Source: Flavobacteriales bacterium
GTDB lineage: Bacteria; Bacteroidota; Bacteroidia; Palsa-965
NCBI GenBank assembly: GCA_040377305.1
Contig: JBEIPA010000054.1
Location: 1-12,251 of the forward strand
Reading direction: 5' to 3'
Length of the DNA stretch: 12,251 nt
The position numbers were made by a program, and so were the translations under genes. Positions 1-7,278 of this stretch are shown here, piece after piece. Positions within the stretch are counted from its first letter, which is position 1, and each line of letters begins with the position of its first letter. Below the pieces are notes generated by a model. That model saw nothing but the letters and a program-made list of their open reading frames with translations. It was not told the DNA's origin and ran no database searches.

Positions 1-239
1 ATAATTGTATCCTCATTATATCGGGTAATATAGTTCTCCATTGTAACAGTAATCAGAAATGTTCCTTCGGGCAGTTTCCCGTCTGCAAGTTGGCTTGGAG
101 CATCAACTATAACCGGCTCAGGTGGACGCATTCCTGCATCTTTCCAAATATTCCGATCGCCTTTAGAAATAGGATTTCCTTCCGTTTGTTCACCGCACGA
201 CGTAAGTACAATTACAATCGCAAACAAACAACCCCTCAC
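1..239 (-). CDS. Putative lipoprotein, 5' part only (runs off the window edge)
   Basis: Not in the ORF track. Manual translation from GTG at 239..237 gives MRGCLFAIVIVLTSC-GEQTEGNPISKGDRNIWKDAGMRPPEPVIVDAPSQLADGKLPEGTFLITVTMENYITRYNEDTI with no stop to position 1. It has a short basic N-region, a hydrophobic stretch and lipobox LTS-C (Cys codon 197..195). An in-frame TTG at 284..282 (MNKRKNRIQQTALHIVRG...) is an alternative start. Confidence 0.7.
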   Translation of the reverse strand, partial: MRGCLFAIVIVLTSCGEQTEGNPISKGDRNIWKDAGMRPPEPVIVDAPSQLADGKLPEGTFLITVTMENYITRYNEDTI

Positions 240-254
240 AATGTGAAGGGCTGT
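221..254 (-). terminator. Intrinsic terminator-like hairpin downstream of the C25 protease
   Basis: Minus strand ACAGCCCTTCAC-ATT-GTGAGGGGTTGT forms a 12-bp stem with two G-U pairs (these pair only on the minus-strand RNA), followed by TTGTTTG. It begins 22 nt after the protease stop codon. Confidence 0.7.
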
Positions 255-276
255 CTGTTGAATTCTATTTTTTCTC

Positions 277-3200
277 TTATTCAACAATGAGTCGCTGAAC
301 CTGATTGTTTCCGTTCACTACAAGATTTACAAAGTAAACTCCAGCAGCTAAACCTTCTGTGTTCAGAGCCGTGTTACAAACACCCGCGTTGAGCGAAGTT
401 GTTTGTTTCACGTTTTGTACCACGCGACCTTGTGCATCGGTAACGAAAATGCTCACGTCTGCTTGTTCAGCAAGTGTGTACTGTAAGGTTACGTTTCCGT
501 TGGTTGGATTCGGATACAGGTTGAACACTGTTGCGTTCTGCTGATCGTCAATTCCGTTTCCTGTTGTGAATGCAGGGAATGTTACGTTGTCAATCCACGC
601 GCAATCCAGGTTGTCGTCGTATACAGGATCTTTCGCGTAGGTCCAACGGAAAGTGTGGTTACCTGCCGTTACAAAATAGGCTTCACGTGTCCAGCCGTCA
701 ACACCTGACCACTGATCGCGGAGAATATTGTCAATGTAGAAGTTCAGGTAATCATAACCCTGCTCAGAAGAAACCGCTTTCATGAACACGATACTGTCGT
801 TCTGAAGAACGTTCAGTGAAATACTCATGTTCGACGATTGATTTCCGTTGATAGCGCCCGACTTCGAGCAATACACATCATCGTATGCATTGTCGGTTGT
901 CGTAAACCAAGGCTGACCACCACTCACTACCCAAGGATACTGCGTGAAGTCGTTGGTTTCGTAATCTTCCATTGCAATGCTCACGCGCTCGAAGTAAGTT
1001 GTGGTTACTGAATACGCACCTGCTGTTGCCGTGTAGCTGAAGTCAAGTGTTGTTCCGATTGCAGCCGAACCTGAACATGTAACGCTGAAAATTGCGTTCA
1101 CTTGTCCGCTCACAACGATTGTTCCGAGTGGAAGGTTGTTGTTGTTGATCGTTACAAACGGACTTACAGAGCTCAACGTTCCGATACACGCAGAAGAAGT
1201 TGAGTGACCTGCATTGCCCGTTGGGATTACAATGTTGAACGTCTCTGTAGGATCAATAATACCGTTGTTGTTCGCTGATGCATCATCAACCGAAGCATTT
1301 CCTGCTGTAAGAACCGGTGCGTGGAATGTCTCCGTGAAAGTGGAAGACCATGCGCCTGACGCGTTATCCGTTATGTTCAGCGTGAATGTTGCTGTGTGCA
1401 TATCCGGAACGTTATTCGCAATAGTTGCCGCGTATGCGTTTGCTTGTGCTTGTGTCGCGGTCGCAGCAATGTTTCCGAAGCTTTCGTTTGCATCTGTAAT
1501 GGTAACGTAAGGATCAACTGTAGAAAGTACAGCCGATACTCCGTTTGCAATTGCCTGTCCGGAATTATTCAGTGACACATCGAATCCTACGTTCTCCGAG
1601 AAATCGCCGATGTTATCGTTGTTTCCTGTTGGATCTGTGAGCAAGTGTGCAGAATTGATTACATAAGGGCCAGAAGCAGGAACAACCAGCACGTTTCCGA
1701 GGTAAGGAACGAAATTGTACTTCGTTGCTGTAACGAACATCGTATCGAGTGTAGTCAATGCCGCGAAGTTGATCGTCACCGAATTACCTGCAACAATTCC
1801 CGAACCGAGAATAGTTCCGTTCTGATAAAGCGTGATCATCGCGTCGTTCTCCGTGCAGTTCACGGTGAACTGAGTTGCACCGAGTGTAACTGTTGATGCA
1901 TGAGTTACTGTCATAGCTTGCGGAACAGAAGTGCGGTACATCACAGAAGGATCACCAAAAAGAGTCCATGTGTCTGTCATATCATCACCACCGGAACCGT
2001 ATGCGTCGTTCATAGACATACAACCGTTTGCACAAACACCACCGAAGGTGCGTTTGATATTTCCTGCATACGACTCAGCAATGATTGCGTTCATTTCGTC
2101 CTGACCTTCCATTGGAGGATCCCAACTCTGGTTGATCGTAGACATGAAGTTCACAACGGCTCCGGTTGGCTCACCGGATGTAGGATGTTTTGCACGAAGG
2201 AATTTCTCAGCGAAACAGGTTGTCCCGGTGAAATCTCCCGTTACACAACCTACGATAATAACCATCGGCCACTTGTGTGTGTTTGTAAGTGCATCCACGT
2301 CATTGTTATCGAAACCAGTTGTGACAATTGAAGTTGAAGAGCCGTGACCGGTGTAGTTCAGAATTCCCAAACCATCGTTAATTCCAGTTGCACACATGTT
2401 CGATGTAGGATCTCCGGGTGCGTCATTACCGCCTTGCGAACCATCATACAATTCAATTGTCGTGTTGTAGTTGTAAGCCAAAAGCAACGTTTGCAATCCT
2501 TGTTCGTGCTCGTAATCCATTTCGTTGTCGTCTCCGGGCCCCTGGTTCGACGCGATTCCCATACAGGTCTCGTAATATGTGCTGATCAACGGATTCATTT
2601 CGTATTCCATTGTACGTGTGATCACGGTGTTCAGATCGGTAGTATTCGAAACTGAAAAACGCCCGATGAGCAAATCAGAATAGTGGTCGCTACCAACCAG
2701 GAATGAATAGTTCTGATCGGATGGTCCTGCGGATGTAGTACTTGATGTTACTTCCGCATCATCACCAACGAGAAGAACAAATGCAAGGTTGTTTGCGTTA
2801 TAGAAGTTGTTGATGTACGCTTTGATCGCGTTGTCGTTGTTACCGATTGTTGCGATATCAACCATCGTGCAATTGATTCCGCTTTTCTCTTTCCAGAGAA
2901 TAAACGGAGCCATGCCTGCCATGAAATTTGCGTGAGAAATGATCAGCATGTCGCCCTGTTCTCCAAGCGGAGTGTAACGCTGTTGCTCTTCTACGTCGTA
3001 GTTGATGAACTGCTCGCGATAAATTGCATCAAACTCTGAAGTCATTGGTTTCGGAGCGCGATTCAGTTCGTTGATTCCAACACCTGAAACCGATTCGATG
3101 CGCACAACAATTTCTTCGTACACGCGAAGTATTTTCGTAACTGCATTGTAGCGATAAGGATATACGACAACGGTTTGTCCACGGTAATCGCGAACACAAT

Positions 3201-3654
3201 ACGGTGAACGTAACTCCGCTTCCATTGCCGGGAAGAATGCATTTTCGGAATATTCTTCGCCGTAAACGAAGGGAACATTCGCCGGATCAATGTCGCGTGT
3301 GAAATTTCCTTTCGAAGGAGCGATGTGAACATTCGGAACATCGTGGTAACGTGCAGAAACAACGACCATGTTTGTATTTCCTGCGTCAGGAATAATTACT
3401 GACTCTGTAAGCTTCTGAAGATCGGGCGCACCTGCACGAAGAATAGGAGTTCCCTGATCAACTTGCGTAATGTGTTCAACACCATGTGGAGTTGTTACCG
3501 GAAACATCAGTGTTGTACCCGGGGTAAACTTGAGGGTAGTCTGGCGGTTATCTGCGGAAACAACTTCAACGCTGGTAGAACCCTGCTTGAATTGTTGTGC
3601 ATTTACCATTTGCGCTCCTGTAGCAAGAAGTGCGAAGAGGAAAAGTTTTTTCAT
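277..3654 (-). CDS. Gingipain R-like C25 family cysteine peptidase, T9SS-secreted (signal peptide, C25 propeptide, catalytic domain, Ig-like domains, jelly-roll/adhesin-like domain, CTD)
   Basis: Signal peptide ...VNA|QQ. Propeptide motifs APSKG and RDYRGQ. Maturation site QQR|YTP. Catalytic-domain motifs VLLVGD, IGRFS, NYTGHGS (His437), GCVTGDF (Cys470), STINQSW, GQDEMN, IKRTFGG and DTWTLFGDPS match Porphyromonas gingivalis RgpA/RgpB as recalled. The C-terminus LYPNP...GVYFVNL...QRLIVE is a type A T9SS sorting domain. Confidence 0.95.
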   Translation of the reverse strand: MKKLFLFALLATGAQMVNAQQFKQGSTSVEVVSADNRQTTLKFTPGTTLMFPVTTPHGVEHITQVDQGTPILRAGAPDLQKLTESVIIPDAGNTNMVVVSARYHDVPNVHIAPSKGNFTRDIDPANVPFVYGEEYSENAFFPAMEAELRSPYCVRDYRGQTVVVYPYRYNAVTKILRVYEEIVVRIESVSGVGINELNRAPKPMTSEFDAIYREQFINYDVEEQQRYTPLGEQGDMLIISHANFMAGMAPFILWKEKSGINCTMVDIATIGNNDNAIKAYINNFYNANNLAFVLLVGDDAEVTSSTTSAGPSDQNYSFLVGSDHYSDLLIGRFSVSNTTDLNTVITRTMEYEMNPLISTYYETCMGIASNQGPGDDNEMDYEHEQGLQTLLLAYNYNTTIELYDGSQGGNDAPGDPTSNMCATGINDGLGILNYTGHGSSTSIVTTGFDNNDVDALTNTHKWPMVIIVGCVTGDFTGTTCFAEKFLRAKHPTSGEPTGAVVNFMSTINQSWDPPMEGQDEMNAIIAESYAGNIKRTFGGVCANGCMSMNDAYGSGGDDMTDTWTLFGDPSVMYRTSVPQAMTVTHASTVTLGATQFTVNCTENDAMITLYQNGTILGSGIVAGNSVTINFAALTTLDTMFVTATKYNFVPYLGNVLVVPASGPYVINSAHLLTDPTGNNDNIGDFSENVGFDVSLNNSGQAIANGVSAVLSTVDPYVTITDANESFGNIAATATQAQANAYAATIANNVPDMHTATFTLNITDNASGAWSSTFTETFHAPVLTAGNASVDDASANNNGIIDPTETFNIVIPTGNAGHSTSSACIGTLSSVSPFVTINNNNLPLGTIVVSGQVNAIFSVTCSGSAAIGTTLDFSYTATAGAYSVTTTYFERVSIAMEDYETNDFTQYPWVVSGGQPWFTTTDNAYDDVYCSKSGAINGNQSSNMSISLNVLQNDSIVFMKAVSSEQGYDYLNFYIDNILRDQWSGVDGWTREAYFVTAGNHTFRWTYAKDPVYDDNLDCAWIDNVTFPAFTTGNGIDDQQNATVFNLYPNPTNGNVTLQYTLAEQADVSIFVTDAQGRVVQNVKQTTSLNAGVCNTALNTEGLAAGVYFVNLVVNGNNQVQRLIVE

Positions 3655-3868
3655 TTGTGGTCGAAATTGATTGATGTGCGAATTCTAAAATTGGGCATTA
3701 TTTAGCTGAAAAACAAGGAATTCTGAGAATGTAACGCTGGTTTTACACAGGACTTACAAATTGCCCAAATTATAGGTAGTGTGACGGTGCTTTTTCCATA
3801 AATCATTCTATCAACACGGTGGAAAACGAGTAAATTACGTCTGATAAATGTCAATAAGTGATCTATAG

Positions 3869-4027
3869 ATTCTCATTTATCCTATTCCAGTTTCGAAAAC
3901 TGTCTCGATCAAATCAGGTGTTTGTCCCGAAGCAATTGAAATATTTGACGTAAATGGAAGAGTAGTTTACACCAGCAGTAAATGTTCAGCACTAACTGAA
4001 GACCCATCCATACTCGCACGTAAATAA
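3869..4027 (+). pseudogene. Orphan, truncated T9SS CTD fragment homologous to the CTD of the 4036..5577 gene
   Basis: Reads ILIYPIPVSKTVSIKSGVCPEAIEIFDVNGRVVYTSSKCSALTEDPSILARK*, colinear without gaps with TTIYPVPATHTITIETESAPDAIEIFDVTTKQVYANSQCSPRT. Preceded by in-frame TAG (3866..3868) and lacks the GxY...KxxV end of a CTD. Confidence 0.75.
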
Positions 4028-4035
4028 CATTTGGA

Positions 4036-5577
4036 ATGAAAAGACTCATACAATTCATTATCCTGACTGCCGGATGTTTTTTTCTCACTGCTGAAGTAAG
4101 TGCACAAGCAGGGATATTCAAACATGAGTATGATTTTCCTAATCAGGTCACTGGTGATCAGCAACACATTGGAACATTCGATGGCGGTACAGTTTCTATT
4201 GTCCTGCTCTATGATACGGTGTCGACCTGGTACTATAACACCGTAGTTAAGACTGACGCTAACGGAAATGTTCAATGGACCAAACCACTCGCTACTGTTA
4301 GTACTTATGCAGGAAATATCGCCCAGTGTTACGACAGTGGGTACGTAATAACATATCCTGAGTTGAGAGCTACCTATGTCACGGTCATTGTGAAACTCGA
4401 TCAAACCGGGAACATCATTTACTCAAAACATTTTTACACGCCTCCGTCCTTAACGGTGATTACCAAAACGTTTCTGATTCCACGTCCGAATGGAAATCTA
4501 TTCGTTGCAGGAAGTGTTTTTAATAATGTGTTGAGCGAGTACGCCTGGCATATTTACGAGCTTGATAATACCGGAAACATTTTGTGGTCGCATGGTTACA
4601 ATCGAAATTCATCGAAGAACTACTTACGCGATGTTGACACAATGTCCAACGGAGATATTGTAATGCTGGGCAATACATTTGATGCGATATCCTCTGAATT
4701 CAGAACATTGATCACACGGATTACTCCAGGTGGAATTGTCGTGTGGAGTAAGGAATACGCAACTGCAGGTTATCATCGCTTTTCTGTAGGTCTGGTATGT
4801 ATGCCCGGTGATTATATTCAGGTCACAACTGCGATGTATAACACAATGAGTAGCGCCAGTGAAATGTGTCTCATGCGTGTTGATGGTGCAGGAAATGAAT
4901 TGTGGACATTCAAATATCATCTCGCCAATGGCAATATCGAACCATACGCTATTACAATGGGAGGCAACCAGTCGACAGTTACGTTAGGCATGTACATGAA
5001 TGGAGGTTTCCTTCTGAAAAATGACTCTTCCGGATTGATGATGGCAACCCGTGCTTATCCCAATTCATTTCCGATGTCCATTGATGAGTTGAATAATTCT
5101 AATTACACAATAGCCGGAATCACATTGACGACGAATCGTCTGGAACTATTCACCACAAATCAACAAGGAGTTGGCTGTGATGATTCTGCATTCACACTCA
5201 TTAAGACGCCAATGTCGACAACTACTGCTTCTCTGGTCGATGACACCGTGGTTCCCCTATTAGATTCTGCAACTACTGTTACCACAACAACTGTGGTTCC
5301 GGAAATTCTATCGATGTGTGTGACCAAAGGAATAGCAGAACACTCCCCGCTCATTACCACCATCTATCCTGTCCCGGCTACGCATACGATCACAATCGAA
5401 ACTGAATCGGCGCCCGACGCAATTGAAATATTCGACGTCACCACCAAACAAGTTTACGCAAACTCGCAGTGTTCTCCGCGAACCATTGTAGACGTTACAC
5501 ACTGGTCATCCGGAATCTATTTCGTGCGCGTAATCGGGGAAACGTTCAGCACAACACGCAAAATTATCGTTGAGTGA
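4036..5577 (+). CDS. Secreted 7-blade beta-propeller protein with T9SS type A CTD, paralog 1
   Basis: Signal peptide ...VSA|QA. Seven blade motifs: KTDANGNVQW, KLDQTGNIIY, ELDNTGNILW, RITPGGIVVW, RVDGAGNELW, KNDSSG, TTNQQG. Cys381-X46-Cys428. CTD IYPVP...GIYFVRV...RKIIVE. Confidence 0.88.
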   Translation: MKRLIQFIILTAGCFFLTAEVSAQAGIFKHEYDFPNQVTGDQQHIGTFDGGTVSIVLLYDTVSTWYYNTVVKTDANGNVQWTKPLATVSTYAGNIAQCYDSGYVITYPELRATYVTVIVKLDQTGNIIYSKHFYTPPSLTVITKTFLIPRPNGNLFVAGSVFNNVLSEYAWHIYELDNTGNILWSHGYNRNSSKNYLRDVDTMSNGDIVMLGNTFDAISSEFRTLITRITPGGIVVWSKEYATAGYHRFSVGLVCMPGDYIQVTTAMYNTMSSASEMCLMRVDGAGNELWTFKYHLANGNIEPYAITMGGNQSTVTLGMYMNGGFLLKNDSSGLMMATRAYPNSFPMSIDELNNSNYTIAGITLTTNRLELFTTNQQGVGCDDSAFTLIKTPMSTTTASLVDDTVVPLLDSATTVTTTTVVPEILSMCVTKGIAEHSPLITTIYPVPATHTITIETESAPDAIEIFDVTTKQVYANSQCSPRTIVDVTHWSSGIYFVRVIGETFSTTRKIIVE

Positions 5578-5701
5578 AATGCAGAAACTTTACTCCTCAT
5601 AAGCCTGCTTCTTTATTTTCGGGCCATCCTCTAATCGAAAGAAGTATTGCCGTAAATTTAGAATGGCAAACTTTTATTGACATTTTATATAAACTGACTC
5701 C

Positions 5702-7264
5702 ATGTTGAGAACTCTACTCATTGCTACAGTTTTGTGTTGCACGTTCATTGTCGCGGTTAACGCACAATCGCCGTTCTACTCCATGCATTATGTTGAATCC
5801 GGTGAAATCTCTGATGAGGCAACACACATAACCACACAGGATGGCGGCAATCTGATTGCATCTGTTCAACATCCGGCAATGGCAAGTAGTTACTTCATTA
5901 CGCTTGTGAAAACTGATGCAGGCGGAACAATTCAGTGGACAAAGAAATTTCCATGCGACCGACCTGGCTTCAGGAACGTTGTGCAATCAACAGATGGTAC
6001 ATACTTTCTGTGTTACTGTCAATTTCCTTTCGGAAACTATTATGAAGCAATCCGACTCGATCAGAATGGCAATGTCATTTTTGACAAGAAAATAAATCTT
6101 CCCTCACTTCATCGTGTTACATGGAAAGCGACGTCTGTGGCAAAAATAGATTCCGGCTATTATGTGGGATGTTCGATATACGATACAACTTCAGGTGTGT
6201 ACCGATGGAATCTTATGGAAATATCTGCCAGTGGAAATGTGGTGTGGACACAGAACTTCAATTCGAACGGCTTTCTCGCAGGAATGTACGGAATGGAATT
6301 GTGTAACAACGGTGATATCCTCTTGCTCGGATCAGCTTACGATATTCCCACGCTGGCATACGTAGGACTGATTACACGTGTTGACGCGAGCGGGACTTTA
6401 CTTTGGAACACCCGCTTTGCTTACGCAGGTCATGACTTGTATCCTGTCGATGCAGAGAAACAAGGCAACGACTTTATTGTCTCTGTTCAGGACATGCAAC
6501 AAAGTGCCGGAATGGCTGCGGTTGACTTTATAAAGGTTGATGCAAATGGTTCTTTGGTTTGGCAGGTGCGCTACACAAACACAGGTCCGAATTCATCTCT
6601 ACTGCCACATGATATGATTGTATCCGGTGCAAATGAATTCGTCGTCGTTGCTCAACGATCAGGTCCTGATCTCGGATCGGTATTTCTCAAAGTAGATGCA
6701 ACCGGGCAATATGTGAGCAGTCGTTTTTATCCCGATTACACCATTACTTCCATTGAAAATTATGGTCAATGGATGTATTCAGTGGTTGGCACCAAAGATT
6801 CACTGAACGAACACTACGTAGCACTAAAAACCGTTGATGGCGACGGTGTAGGCTGTAACGATACAACAGCTGCATTCGGATTCGGTCCGGTTATCTTCAC
6901 TTTTGTTACAGGGGGTTCTTCTGCTAATTTTTCATTGAGCGCAGTCAACGGAAATCTTTCGGCGACCACTGCGAACCTTGTTCCGTATACTGTGTGTACA
7001 CTTTCTGGTATTAACGATGAGTCGGGTTCAACGACGTCTATTTCGGTTTATCCGTCACCAGCCACGGATAAAATTCAGGTCGTTGCATCCGCACACATTA
7101 CAAGTGTTCAGATTGTAGATGTAAATGGTAAAGTGGTGGTTGTGAAATCCGTTTCATCAAACACCTGCGACATAGACGTGCGCGGGTTACCGGCAGGATT
7201 GTATGTTATCCGTGTGGAATTCGAAAATCACGTCGAATCCAGACGACTTGTAATTGCCCATTAG
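5702..7264 (+). CDS. Secreted 7-blade beta-propeller protein with T9SS type A CTD, paralog 2
   Basis: Signal peptide ...VNA|QS. Blade motifs KTDAGGTIQW, RLDQNGNVIF, EISASGNVVW, RVDASGTLLW, KVDANGSLVW, KVDATGQYV, TVDGDG. Cys385-X46-Cys432. CTD VYPSP...GLYVIRV...RRLVIAH. Confidence 0.88.
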   Translation: MLRTLLIATVLCCTFIVAVNAQSPFYSMHYVESGEISDEATHITTQDGGNLIASVQHPAMASSYFITLVKTDAGGTIQWTKKFPCDRPGFRNVVQSTDGTYFLCYCQFPFGNYYEAIRLDQNGNVIFDKKINLPSLHRVTWKATSVAKIDSGYYVGCSIYDTTSGVYRWNLMEISASGNVVWTQNFNSNGFLAGMYGMELCNNGDILLLGSAYDIPTLAYVGLITRVDASGTLLWNTRFAYAGHDLYPVDAEKQGNDFIVSVQDMQQSAGMAAVDFIKVDANGSLVWQVRYTNTGPNSSLLPHDMIVSGANEFVVVAQRSGPDLGSVFLKVDATGQYVSSRFYPDYTITSIENYGQWMYSVVGTKDSLNEHYVALKTVDGDGVGCNDTTAAFGFGPVIFTFVTGGSSANFSLSAVNGNLSATTANLVPYTVCTLSGINDESGSTTSISVYPSPATDKIQVVASAHITSVQIVDVNGKVVVVKSVSSNTCDIDVRGLPAGLYVIRVEFENHVESRRLVIAH

Positions 7265-7278
7265 AACATTACCATAAG

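Noticed and set aside
90-290. 66-aa plus-strand ORF
   Set aside because: Antisense to the lipoprotein frame and the protease end, TTG start, no recognisable features.
277-3654. Calling the C25 protein PorU (T9SS sortase)
   Set aside because: It has a gingipain propeptide, the R|YTP site and the catalytic domain in the N-terminal half with Rgp-specific motifs. PorU has a different architecture.
359-3705. Short ORFs overlapping the protease (e.g. 1900..2331, 2344..2655, 3063..3362)
   Set aside because: Shadow frames of a long, motif-supported, codon-biased gene with no independent evidence.
3866-3868. TAG recoding or read-through making 3848..4027 a real small gene
   Set aside because: TAG is an ordinary stop in paralog 2 (7262..7264) right at the CTD end, and the product would lack both a signal peptide and the CTD terminus.
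3875-5480. CTD relic and paralog 1 CTD as a DGR template/variable repeat pair
   Set aside because: Mismatches involve all four bases rather than only template adenines, overall identity is modest, and no reverse transcriptase is in the window.
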